A DNA stretch of 64,000 nucleotides, from assembly GCF_024298885.1 (NCBI RefSeq), contig NZ_CP101166.1, positions 2,291,149-2,355,148 on the forward strand. The letters run 5' to 3'. The notes under the pieces are model-generated. The model was not told the origin of the DNA. It did not search any database and was given only the letters and a program-made list of their open reading frames with translations. This document shows, one piece after another, positions 39,201 through 48,547 of the stretch; position 1 is the first letter of the stretch, and each line of letters opens with the position of its first letter. The translations under genes and the position numbers were made by a program. The stretch comes from Haloglomus halophilum. GTDB lineage: Archaea; Halobacteriota; Halobacteria; Halobacteriales; Haloarculaceae.

Positions 39201-40196
39201 TTACGGCCTGGGGGCGGCCTTCTGGAGGGCTGTCTCGGCGATGTTCCCGCCGTAGTCGGCGGCCCGCGTGAGCGAGTCGACGACCAGCCCGAGCAGCTGG
39301 GCCTGCTGGGGGTCGAGGTCGCGGATGAGCGCATCCACCTCGCGGGCCTGGGGATCGATATCCTCGATCTGCCGGCGGGCATCGTTGGCCATGCGGGTGG
39401 CCTCCTCGGAGTCGTCCTCCAGCAGCGCGTCCATCGCCGTCTCGATGACCTCCTCGGCTGCGACGTGGAGGTTCTCCAGTCCCGTCGCGGCGTCCGCTGG
39501 CACCTCGTCGAGCTCCTGGGCGTGGGTGGCGATCTTGGTCGCGTGGTCGGCGACGCGCTCCAGCTGGCGGGCCGACGAGTGGTAGTCGAAGCAGGTCTCC
39601 CGGTCCAGCCCCACGTCCGCGGCCGCCGCGGGATCCCGAAGGACCGACCGGAACACGCGCGAGACCATCGACCAGAGCCGGTCGACGTCGTCGTCGCGCT
39701 GGATCACGTCCGTCGCGAGGTCGGCGTCGTTCTCGACCAGTGCGGCCACGGCGTCCTGCAGCATCGTCACCGCGACCAGCCGCATCCGTGTGATGGCGTT
39801 GTGCAGCGACAGCTCCGAGGAGTCGAGCAGGTCCTGCAGGCGGACGCGCTCGGAGGTCTCGCCGATGACCTCCAGGCCGACCAGCGACTGGACGGCGTCG
39901 CGGATGGTCCGGCGCTGGGCCGCGGTCACGCGCGAACTCTCCAGCGTGATGATGTCGAAGCCGCTGACGTACATCGTCACGACCGCGCGCATGAGGTCGC
40001 GCTCCTCCAGCCCGCTGATATCGAGGGTACCCTCGACCTTCTCCTCGTCGCGACGCGGCGTCAGGAGGAGTGCGTCGTCCTCGGGATGGAACTCCACGAC
40101 GCTCCCGCCGCTGACCCCGTTGTCGGTCGCCCAGTCCTTCGGGAGCGAGACGGTGAACGTCGACCCCCCCGTCACCTGCACCTTGCGCGTCTCCAT
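39201..40196 (-). CDS. phosphate uptake regulator, archaeal PhoU-like (SpoVT/AbrB-type N-terminus plus two PhoU repeats)
   Basis: MKVQVTGGSTFTVSLPKDWA AbrB-like swapped hairpin; PhoU helical repeats. Confidence 0.8.
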   Translation of the reverse strand: METRKVQVTGGSTFTVSLPKDWATDNGVSGGSVVEFHPEDDALLLTPRRDEEKVEGTLDISGLEERDLMRAVVTMYVSGFDIITLESSRVTAAQRRTIRDAVQSLVGLEVIGETSERVRLQDLLDSSELSLHNAITRMRLVAVTMLQDAVAALVENDADLATDVIQRDDDVDRLWSMVSRVFRSVLRDPAAAADVGLDRETCFDYHSSARQLERVADHATKIATHAQELDEVPADAATGLENLHVAAEEVIETAMDALLEDDSEEATRMANDARRQIEDIDPQAREVDALIRDLDPQQAQLLGLVVDSLTRAADYGGNIAETALQKAAPRP

Positions 40197-40766
40197 AGCC
40201 GACGGTGAGTGCCACCGGGTAATAAAATATGGGCATTTCTATATACATTCGAGTACATCTCCAGTCTATGCCGGAGGCGCTCCGCTCGGGGACGGATGGC
40301 CGCGGCTCGCGGGCTATCCGAATCTGGGGATATATGCATCTATACGTCCGTATACTGCTATCTGGGCAGCAGAACGTATGAGGTCATTGCCGAATATTCT
40401 AATATATAGATATGGTTCGGCGCGCGGGATTCGTGGTACTCTCCCGCTCCAGCGTTCAACTGGACCCCGGTGATAACACGACGGGAGCGCGACGCAGTAT
40501 CGTGACGGGGCTTCCCGACCGCGGCGGGGCTTCCCGACCGCGGAGGGGGTACCAACCCGACATCGTCGTGGACGCGGGGGGATACGACGGGTTCCGTCAC
40601 GGAACCGGCCGTGTTCCCCCGGGCGCTCCCCTGGAGTCCGCCCGGGATGCCCTCGTCGCGCTCGTCGGTCGTTCGAGCAGCCCGCCGGTCGGGCGTGACT
40701 GTGTGAGAACATTTCTCTATATAGATGACATAGTAGGATATTTACTTCAACTACCGATACGGTCTG
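40197..40766. promoter_or_regulatory. divergent promoter region of the pst operon and the phoU-like gene; AT-rich islands plus an 18-bp direct repeat
   Basis: AT-rich blocks at 40205-40260 and 40320-40420; GGGGCTTCCCGACCGCGG x2 at 40506-40541; TATA-like ctatatagat at 40707-40716. Confidence 0.4.
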
Positions 40767-41855
40767 GTGATGTCGGACCGCCCCGCCAGCCGCCGCACAG
40801 TACTCGCGGGCGTGGCTGGCACTGCCGCCTCGCTTGCGGGCTGTATCAGCACGAGTCCACAGCCACCCGGCGCCAGCGCCGCCACCGACGACGGCGGCGG
40901 CGGTGGCGGGTCGGCGACTGTTCTCAAGCTCGGTGGCTCCTCGACGGTGTACCCGATAGCGAACCGCGGGGGGTCGTTCTGGAACTCGAACCCACCGCCG
41001 TCCGACGAGGAGTACTGGGGTCCGTCCGAGTACGGGATCGCGACCAACGAGCGCCTCGCCGACTACTTCGCCAGCAAGTACGGGTTCGAGGCGACCGGCG
41101 GCGCCTCGCCGCCGTTCCGCGTCTCGGTCGGCCTGAGTCACTCCGGTACCGGCCTGGAGAAGGTCGAAGCCGGACAGGTGGACATCGGGAACGCCTCGGC
41201 GCCGGTCGCCGCGGAGTTCCCCGAGAGGTCCGAGGAGGAGCTCTCGAAGTTCACGAACCACGTCGTCGGCGTCGACGCCCAGCCCATCGTCGTCAGCAAG
41301 GAGATCTACGACGCGGGCGTCACGGAACTCACCGGCGAACAGGTCCGGGCCATCTACCGCGGCGATGTCACCTCGTGGAGCGAGATCGACGCGTACGACG
41401 GCCCGGACCGGGAGATCCAGGCCATCGGTCGCTCCGTCGGCTCGGGGACGGACACCGCCTTCCGCGCGAACCTGCTTGGGTCGCCCGACGCCGACATGTC
41501 CGGCGTCGACATCCGGCGTGGGCAGAACCAGCAGGTGAAAGCCACCGTCTCCCGGTCGGACAACGCCATCGCCTACATGGCGCTCGCGTTCGTCGACCAG
41601 CAGGCGGCGCCGGCCATCTCACTGACGTTCGAGGGGACCACCTACACCCCCGGAGAGAACCTCTCTGACCCCGGGTACCCGCTCGCGCGTGACCTCCACT
41701 GCTACACCTGGGAGGGCACCTCGAAGAAGGAGGCGGCGTTCCTGCACATGCTCATCAGTGACTTCGGCCAGCAGAACTTCGTCGCGTTCGCGGGCTACTC
41801 GAAGCTGACCGACGAACGGCAGCAAGAAGAACTCGACAAACTCCCGGACCAATGA
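40767..41855 (+). CDS. pstS: phosphate ABC transporter substrate-binding lipoprotein
   Basis: Tat-like RRTVLAGVAGTAASLAGC lipobox; PstS fold motifs (GGSSTVYP, GSGTGLEKV). Confidence 0.85.
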   Translation: MMSDRPASRRTVLAGVAGTAASLAGCISTSPQPPGASAATDDGGGGGGSATVLKLGGSSTVYPIANRGGSFWNSNPPPSDEEYWGPSEYGIATNERLADYFASKYGFEATGGASPPFRVSVGLSHSGTGLEKVEAGQVDIGNASAPVAAEFPERSEEELSKFTNHVVGVDAQPIVVSKEIYDAGVTELTGEQVRAIYRGDVTSWSEIDAYDGPDREIQAIGRSVGSGTDTAFRANLLGSPDADMSGVDIRRGQNQQVKATVSRSDNAIAYMALAFVDQQAAPAISLTFEGTTYTPGENLSDPGYPLARDLHCYTWEGTSKKEAAFLHMLISDFGQQNFVAFAGYSKLTDERQQEELDKLPDQ

Positions 41856-42895
41856 GTACCCACACGAGTCGCCTCGACCGGGTCCGCGACGCCGACCACG
41901 GGCTGAAACTCGTCGGGAGCGTCGGCGGTGTCGCCATCGCCACCGCGCTGGTCGCGTTCCTCGTCGCGCCGGCACTCACCCTCTACCCGCTGCTGGCGTT
42001 CGTCGCCGTCATCGGCTACGGCTGGCTCCGATACCAGGAGTCGACCGCGCGGTTCCTGATGTTCCTCACGACGGTCTCGACGGTCCTCATCCTCGGGCTC
42101 ATCACCGTCTACCTCCTCATCCGGTCGTTCCCCGCATTCGGCGAACTCGGCATCGACATGTTCACCGGAACGGAGTACGGCGCGGCGGGCTACTCGCTGG
42201 TCCCGATGATATGGGGCACACTGCTGACGACGCTCATCGCGATGCTCATCGCCGGGCCGCTGGGCATCGCGGGCGCCCTGTTCCTCGCCGAGATCGCGCC
42301 CGGCTGGGTCCGGGAACTGCTCAAGCCCGCCGTCGAGGTGCTGGCGGGCATCCCCTCCATCGTCTACGGCTTCCTCGGGCTGGTCGTCCTGAGTCAGTAC
42401 CTGTTCGACCAGTTCGACATGCCCGTGTTCGGGAGCCTGCTCGCCGTCGGCCTCGTCGTCGGCGTGATGGCGCTGCCGACGGTCATCTCGGTGGCCGAGG
42501 ACGCCATCACCAGCGTCCCGGACAGCATGAAGGACGGCTCGCTCGCGCTCGGCGCGACCGACTGGCAGACCATCAAGAGCGTCACCGTCCCGACCTCGTT
42601 CTCGGGTGTCTCCGCGGCGGTCATCCTCGGCGTCGGCCGGGCGGTGGGGGAGACGATGGCCGCGACGGTCATCCTCGCCAACATCGCCGACCTGCCGGAC
42701 CCGCTGTACGACGTCTTCGGCAACACCGTCACGCTGACCAGCCTCATCGCCAGCCAGTACGGCAACGCCAGCGGCCTCCAGATGTCGGTCCTGTTCGCGG
42801 CCGGCGTCGTGCTGTTCGTGACGGTGATGACGCTGAGCATCGGCTCGCAGTACGTCGAGGTTCGCATGGAGCGCAAGCTCGGAGGGCGACAATGA
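41852..42895 (+). CDS. pstC: phosphate ABC transporter permease
   Basis: 6 TM; EAA-like loop (AEDAITSVPDSMKDGSLALGATDWQT). Confidence 0.85.
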   Translation: MSTHTSRLDRVRDADHGLKLVGSVGGVAIATALVAFLVAPALTLYPLLAFVAVIGYGWLRYQESTARFLMFLTTVSTVLILGLITVYLLIRSFPAFGELGIDMFTGTEYGAAGYSLVPMIWGTLLTTLIAMLIAGPLGIAGALFLAEIAPGWVRELLKPAVEVLAGIPSIVYGFLGLVVLSQYLFDQFDMPVFGSLLAVGLVVGVMALPTVISVAEDAITSVPDSMKDGSLALGATDWQTIKSVTVPTSFSGVSAAVILGVGRAVGETMAATVILANIADLPDPLYDVFGNTVTLTSLIASQYGNASGLQMSVLFAAGVVLFVTVMTLSIGSQYVEVRMERKLGGRQ

Positions 42896-44514
42896 GTACG
42901 GACACACGCGCGCTCGTCGCGACGGAATCGTCGACGCTGGAACTGGCCGGTGGGGGGCTCGTCGCCCTCTCGCTCCTGTTGGTCGTCGGGGGCCTCGTCG
43001 GGCTGTTCGGGGTCGTCCCGGTCGGCGCGACCGTCGCTGGCGTCCCGTTCGCCACGCTCCTCGGGGCCGGCCTGCTGGTGCTGGGTGCCGGGGTACTCGG
43101 TATCGGTGCGGCCTCGCGGACGGGGCTCGTGGCGACCGACCCGAGTCGGAGCGCCGGGCTGCTCGCCGGCGGCGTCTTCGCGCTGTTCGGCCTCGTCGTC
43201 GGGGGACTCGTCGGTGCGTTCGCGCTCGGCCTCGCGACGGCCTGGCCGGTGACGGCACTGCTCGTCGGAGTCGGCGCGGGCGCGGCCACGGTCCTCCCGC
43301 GCGAGGACCTCGGCAGCACGCTCGTCCCCGGGAGCGTCGCTGTCGTCTCCGGGCTGACCATGCTGTCGGGGCTGGTCGGTCCGGGCTGGTCGTGGCCCAT
43401 CGGTGACCTCTCGGCGACGCTGTACGCCGAGGTGGCCATCCCGCTGCTGGCGGCCGTCGCCGGCCTCCTGGCCGCCTGGACCGCCGCGAAGGCGTACGGT
43501 GGCTTCGGGAGCCGGGGGCGACAGCTCGGCGCGTACCTCCTCATCGGCGCGAACGCGGCCTGGATGGCCGCGCTGCTGGTGGGGCTGGTCGCGTTCGTGC
43601 TCATGAAGGGGTTCGCTCCGATGACCCGTGGCATCCGCTACGGGCTGTTCGTCCAGCCCTGGACCTGGTTCTACTTCCCGCCCATCGAGGAGTACGTCGT
43701 CATCAGCGGGCCCGTCATCTGGTTCTACTGGCCGTTCGTGATGGAGGGGGTCGCGCTGACGAACGATATCAACGGCGTCCTGCCGGCCATCGTGGGGACG
43801 TTCTGGCTGGTGCTCGGGGCGGTGACGTTCGCGGTGCCGCTCGGGGTCGGGGCGGCCGTCTTCCTCACGGAGTACGCCGAGCAGGGCCGGTTCACCGGGC
43901 TCGTCGAGGTCTCGACCAACGGGCTCTGGTCGACGCCGAGCATCGTCTACGGCCTGTTCGGGCTCGCATTCCTCGTTCCGCGGCTCGGGAACACGACCTC
44001 CATCCTCGCGGGCCAGCTCGTGCTCGGGTTCATGCTGCTCCCGCTGGTGGTCATCACCTCGCGCGAGGCGCTCAAGAGCGTCCCCGACGCCTACCGTGAC
44101 GCCTCGGCGGCGCTGGGCGTGAGCAAGTGGGAGACCATCAAGAGCGTCGTCCTGCCGGCGGCGCTACCGGGGGTCATCACGGGCATCATCCTCGGCGTCG
44201 GCCGCATCGCCGGCGAGACGGCGCCCATCCTGCTGGTGATGGTGTCCGACCCGTTCCCCAGCGCGGCAGCGAGGGTCGTCCAGGGGTCGTTCCACTTCAC
44301 GGGCTCGTTCCCGTTCGTGGCTGCCCCGACCATCGACCTCGTGCAGTCCTCGTCGGCGCTGCCCTACCAGCTGTACGCCGTCATCAGCGCCGGACTCGAC
44401 CAGAACATGGCTTTCGCCTGGGGGACGGCGCTCGTGTTGCTGCTCGTGGTGCTGAGCTTCTACGCGGTCGGTATCGCGTCGCGGGTCTACTTCCGGAGGA
44501 AACTCAACCAATGA
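42892..44514 (+). CDS. pstA: phosphate ABC transporter permease with extended N-terminal membrane domain
   Basis: [28 protein letters not shown] loop; ATGA overlaps on both sides. Confidence 0.85.
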   Translation: MSTDTRALVATESSTLELAGGGLVALSLLLVVGGLVGLFGVVPVGATVAGVPFATLLGAGLLVLGAGVLGIGAASRTGLVATDPSRSAGLLAGGVFALFGLVVGGLVGAFALGLATAWPVTALLVGVGAGAATVLPREDLGSTLVPGSVAVVSGLTMLSGLVGPGWSWPIGDLSATLYAEVAIPLLAAVAGLLAAWTAAKAYGGFGSRGRQLGAYLLIGANAAWMAALLVGLVAFVLMKGFAPMTRGIRYGLFVQPWTWFYFPPIEEYVVISGPVIWFYWPFVMEGVALTNDINGVLPAIVGTFWLVLGAVTFAVPLGVGAAVFLTEYAEQGRFTGLVEVSTNGLWSTPSIVYGLFGLAFLVPRLGNTTSILAGQLVLGFMLLPLVVITSREALKSVPDAYRDASAALGVSKWETIKSVVLPAALPGVITGIILGVGRIAGETAPILLVMVSDPFPSAAARVVQGSFHFTGSFPFVAAPTIDLVQSSSALPYQLYAVISAGLDQNMAFAWGTALVLLLVVLSFYAVGIASRVYFRRKLNQ

Positions 44515-45452
44515 GCGAATCATCACTCACCGACAGCGAGATGGAGACGGGAGAACTGGACGAGAGCACCGCCGGCATCGACGCCGGGGGCTCGACCACG
44601 ACCGACGGCGAGACCGAGGAGGAGGTTCAGGCGGAGTGGACCGACTACAGCTTCGACGGCGAGCCGAAGATCTCCGTCGAAGACCTCGATGTCTGGTACG
44701 GCGACGACCACGCCATCCAGAGCGTCTCGATGGATATCCCCGAGGAGTCCGTGACGGCGCTCATCGGCCCCTCGGGCTGTGGGAAGTCGACGTTCCTGCG
44801 GAGCATCAACCGCATGAACGACCGTATCAACATCGCCCGGACGGAGGGGCGGGTCGCCATCGACGGGCAGGACATCTACCAGGACGGCACCGACCTGGTC
44901 GAGCTCCGCAAGCGCGTCGGGATGGTGTTCCAGTCGCCGAACCCGTTCCCCAAATCCATCCGCGACAACATCGCCTACGGCCCGCGCAAGCACGGCGACA
45001 TCGAGCGCGGCCTGCTCGCCCGGCTCCTCGGGCGTGACGAGAAAGCGGAGGAGGACCGACTCGTCGAGCGCTCGCTCCGGCAGGCGGCGCTGTGGGACGA
45101 GGTGAGCGACCGCCTCGACGACAACGCCATCGGCCTCTCCGGCGGGCAACAGCAGCGCCTCTGCATCGCGCGCTGTCTCGCCGTCGACCCCGAGGTCATC
45201 CTGATGGACGAGCCGGCGTCCGCGCTGGACCCCGTCGCCACCTCGAAGATCGAGGACCTCATCGAGGAGCTGTCCGAGGACTACACGGTCGTCGTCGTCA
45301 CCCACAACATGCAGCAGGCCGCCCGCATCTCCGACCAGACGGCAGTCTTCCTCACGGGCGGCGAGCTGGTCGAGTACGGCGACACCGACCAGATATTCGA
45401 GAACCCGGAGAGCCAGCGCGTCGAGGACTACATCACCGGGAAGTTCGGCTGA
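44511..45452 (+). CDS. pstB: phosphate ABC transporter ATP-binding protein
   Basis: GPSGCGKST Walker [10 protein letters not shown] signature, ILMDEP Walker B. Confidence 0.9.
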   Translation: MSESSLTDSEMETGELDESTAGIDAGGSTTTDGETEEEVQAEWTDYSFDGEPKISVEDLDVWYGDDHAIQSVSMDIPEESVTALIGPSGCGKSTFLRSINRMNDRINIARTEGRVAIDGQDIYQDGTDLVELRKRVGMVFQSPNPFPKSIRDNIAYGPRKHGDIERGLLARLLGRDEKAEEDRLVERSLRQAALWDEVSDRLDDNAIGLSGGQQQRLCIARCLAVDPEVILMDEPASALDPVATSKIEDLIEELSEDYTVVVVTHNMQQAARISDQTAVFLTGGELVEYGDTDQIFENPESQRVEDYITGKFG

Positions 45453-45453
45453 C

Positions 45454-46122
45454 GTGCCCCGCGAGGAGTTCCAGGCCGAACTCGACGACCTCCGAACGGA
45501 GATCGTCGAGCTGGGCCGCACGGTGCTGGCAGGGTTCGAGCGGGCCGCGGTCGCGCTCGTCGAGAACGACACCGAGGCCGCCCGCGCCGTCATCGATGGT
45601 GACGCGACGGTCAACCGGCGCTACCTCGACCTCGAATCCCGCTGTATCGACCTGCTCGCCCTCCAGCAACCCGTCGCCGGTGACCTCCGGTTCGTCGCCT
45701 CCTCGTTCAAGATTCTCACCGACATCGAACGCATCGGCGACCTCGCGGTCAACCTCGCCGAGCGCGCCCGCGACAAACGCGAGGACTACCTCCCCGAGGT
45801 GAACGTCGACGACCTCACCGGCATCGCCGCGGAGATGCTCGACCGCGCGCTGGACGCCTACGCGGCCGGCAACGCCGCTGCCTGCCGCGCGGTCGCGGAC
45901 CAGGACGACGAACTCGACGGGCTCTGTGAGCGCGTCGCCGGCCTCGTCATGGAGGATCTCGTCGGCCGCGAGGTCGGCCACGAGATGGCGGACGACCTGC
46001 TGGCCGGTGTCCGCCGCCTGCTGCTGACCGTGCGGGATATCGAGCGCGTCGGCGACCACGCCGTCAACATCGCCGCGCGGACGCTGTATATGGTGGAAGG
46101 GACCGAGACGTTGTTGTATTAG
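45454..46122 (+). CDS. phoU: phosphate transport system regulator PhoU
   Basis: Two PhoU repeats (E/D-x-x-x-D: ERIGDLAVNLAE, ERVGDHAVNIAA). Confidence 0.85.
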   Translation: MPREEFQAELDDLRTEIVELGRTVLAGFERAAVALVENDTEAARAVIDGDATVNRRYLDLESRCIDLLALQQPVAGDLRFVASSFKILTDIERIGDLAVNLAERARDKREDYLPEVNVDDLTGIAAEMLDRALDAYAAGNAAACRAVADQDDELDGLCERVAGLVMEDLVGREVGHEMADDLLAGVRRLLLTVRDIERVGDHAVNIAARTLYMVEGTETLLY

Positions 46123-46204
46123 GTTGTGAATTTCACTCGTACGCTCTGTGCAGCGAGATTTCTGCTATGCTTGAGCACTAAAACGGAAATTTCGAAGAGA
46201 ATAA

Positions 46205-46492
46205 TCAGGCTGGTTCCGAGAACAGGAAGCGCGCGAGCGCCCACCACCGAGACCGCGACCGGGGGGAGCGTGTCGAGGTAATCGGCGCTCGCGCGGGGAG
46301 GTGTGGGGACCCCGCGCTCCGCTGGAACCGCCACACGCGAACGCTCGGTGCAACCAGCCACAGGGTGGGACTGAAAGGGGCTGCACGCTCGACGAAGCAC
46401 GGCGACGCAAGCACCGCAGGCCGAACGAAGTGAGGCCGCGGCGCGCAGCGAGCCGCGCGAGTCGAGCGTGTAGGGGCTTTCTACAGTCGCTG
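46205..46492 (+). repeat. repeat element copy R6 (extension 46205-46360 plus core 46366-46492), upstream of rpl15e
   Basis: Core CCACAGGGTGGGACTGAAAGGGGCTGCACGCTCGACGAAGCACGGCGACGCAAGCACCGCAGG...GCGCGCAGCGAGCCGCGCGAGTCGAGCGTGTAGGGGCTTTC, over 85% identical to R3; extension equals the reverse complement of the R1 extension. Confidence 0.75.
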
Positions 46493-46698
46493 TCCACCAC
46501 TTGCGGCTCCACCTCTCTCACGCCCACGTTCCGAAGCCCTTAGAAGCCCGAACCAAGAAGATAGCTCCAACTCGTCGGTCGCGGGCACCGACGGGCACCT
46601 GCTACGGCAGGATGGAATGTGGCCAGCGGGGGCGAAGCCCCCGGAGAGGCGGCGCAGCCGCCGATGGGCTGAACCACGCAACGCCCGCGGTGACACAC

Positions 46699-47289
46699 AT
46701 GACACGAAGCTTCTATTCGCACATCCGGGAGGCCTGGAACTCCCCGAAGGAGGGCAAGCTCGCGGAACTGCAGTGGCAGCGCCAGCAGGAGTGGCGCGAC
46801 CAGGGCGCCATCGAGCGCATCGAGCGGCCAACCCGACTGGACCGCGCGCGCTCGCTGGGCTACAAGGCAAAGCAGGGTATCGTCGTGGCCCGCGTCGCCG
46901 TCCGGAAGGGCGGGGCGCGCAAGCAGCGGTTCAAGGCCGGCCGGCGCTCGAAGCGCCAGGGTGTGAACAAGATCACCCGCCGGAAGTCCATCCAGCGCAT
47001 CGCCGAGGAGCGCGCTGGCCGGAAGTTCCGGAACCTGCGGGTCCTGAACTCCTACTGGGTCGGTGAGGACGGCTCGAAGAAGTGGCACGAGGTCATCCTC
47101 GTGGACCCCGAGCACCCCGCCATCGAGAACGACGACGACCTGAACTGGATCTGCGACAGCAGCCAGCGCGGGCGCGCCTACCGCGGGCGAACCTCCGCGG
47201 GGCAGAAGGGTCGCGGCCAGCAGGGTCGTGGCAAGGGCACCGAGCACACGAAGCCCAGTCTCGGCGCCGACCGTCGGCGCGGGAAATAA
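46699..47289 (+). CDS. rpl15e: 50S ribosomal protein L15e
   Basis: [16 protein letters not shown]...[27 protein letters not shown]: L15e family. Confidence 0.85.
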   Translation: MTRSFYSHIREAWNSPKEGKLAELQWQRQQEWRDQGAIERIERPTRLDRARSLGYKAKQGIVVARVAVRKGGARKQRFKAGRRSKRQGVNKITRRKSIQRIAEERAGRKFRNLRVLNSYWVGEDGSKKWHEVILVDPEHPAIENDDDLNWICDSSQRGRAYRGRTSAGQKGRGQQGRGKGTEHTKPSLGADRRRGK

Positions 47290-47442
47290 CGGATACCGCG
47301 GCCGTTCCTCCGGAGTTCTTCGAGCGCTCTAGCGACAGCCACGACGATAGGCTGGCGACAGTCCCACATCGACTCGGAGTCCCGCCGTGACCGTCGAGGC
47401 GGGTCACGGAAGAATTATCTGAAGACTTGCTCAATCGAGAAT

Positions 47443-47850
47443 ATGGCCGATGCCGAACCCGCGGTCGACACCGAGCGGCTCCGGCGGTTGCTGGGCGACC
47501 AGCTGGGGGAGTGCTGTGAGGGTGATGTGGAGGACCGGGTGGCGGAGCTCCGGACGCTGGAGCGCGAGACCACCGCGCCCGGCGGCGACCTGACGGCGCT
47601 CCAGGCACTCGGCGGGGAGACGCGCTACCGACTGACCCGGCTGCTCGCCGCGGGGGGCGAGCGCTGTGTCTGTGAACTCGCGCCGCTCGTCGATGTCTCC
47701 GAATCCGCGGTGAGCCACGCGCTCTCCTCGCTGGCTGACGCCGGGCTGGTCGAGCGTCGGAAGGCGGGCCGCTGGCGCTACTACCGCGCCACCGACCGCG
47801 CGACCGCACTGCTGGACGCGCTCGACCGGACCCGGGAGGTGCCGGCATGA
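47443..47850 (+). CDS. arsR: ArsR/SmtB family metalloregulator
   Basis: LAAGGERCVCELAPLVDVSESAVSHALSSLADAGLV: metal-sensing CVC plus HTH. Confidence 0.8.
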   Translation: MADAEPAVDTERLRRLLGDQLGECCEGDVEDRVAELRTLERETTAPGGDLTALQALGGETRYRLTRLLAAGGERCVCELAPLVDVSESAVSHALSSLADAGLVERRKAGRWRYYRATDRATALLDALDRTREVPA

Positions 47851-48275
47851 GCCGCCGGACGCTGGGCTTCGTCTGCGTGCAGAACGCCGGCCGGTCGCAG
47901 ATGTCGGCCGCCTTCGCCGAGCGCGAGCGCGCACGCCGCGGGCTGGCGGACGAGGTCGATATCGTCACCGGCGGGACCGACCCCGCCGACGCGGTCCACC
48001 CGGAGGTCGTCGAGGCCATGCGCGAACTCGACATCGACCTCTCGGACCGCACGCCGCGTGCGGTCACCGACGCGGAGCTCGCCGAGTGCGATGTCGTGGC
48101 GACGATGGGCTGTTCGACGCTGTCGCTCCCCGAGGGCGTCGAGGCCCGGGACTGGGCGCTCGCGGACCCGCACGGCCAGGACATCGAGCGCGTCCGCGAG
48201 ATCCGCGAGGAGATCGAGGGCCTCGTCGTCGACCTGTTCGACGAGGTCGAGGCCGACCTCGCCGCCGGGCAGTAA
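47847..48275 (+). CDS. arsC: arsenate reductase, LMW-PTPase type
   Basis: LGFVCVQNAGRSQMSAAF (CX5R P-loop) plus downstream Cys; ATGA overlap with arsR. Confidence 0.8.
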   Translation: MSRRTLGFVCVQNAGRSQMSAAFAERERARRGLADEVDIVTGGTDPADAVHPEVVEAMRELDIDLSDRTPRAVTDAELAECDVVATMGCSTLSLPEGVEARDWALADPHGQDIERVREIREEIEGLVVDLFDEVEADLAAGQ

Positions 48276-48290
48276 CGCCCACGAGAGACC

Positions 48291-48350
48291 GCTTCTCTCG
48301 ACGGCGCTTCTCTCGATGCCGCTTCTCTCGACGGCGCTTCTCTCGATGCC
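48291..48350. repeat. perfect tandem repeat, 30-bp unit (GCTTCTCTCGACGGC GCTTCTCTCGATGCC) x2, equivalent to a 15-bp unit x4
   Basis: Direct reading; 16 bp 3' of the arsC stop. Confidence 0.9.
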
Positions 48351-48547
48351 CGACCTCCCGTGAGCCGGCGCGCCAGCCACCGCCCGTCCGGGGTATAATA
48401 CCCCACCTCACAACTGCGGGGGACCACCTACCGTGGTCGCCCCGTAGAAACGAGTATGAACCGACGAAGGATTCGTCCTGAATCGTCTCACAGTGTCTCC
48501 AGTCGGAATCGAGTACCACGAAACGGCAACCATCGGAGGGGGGACCG

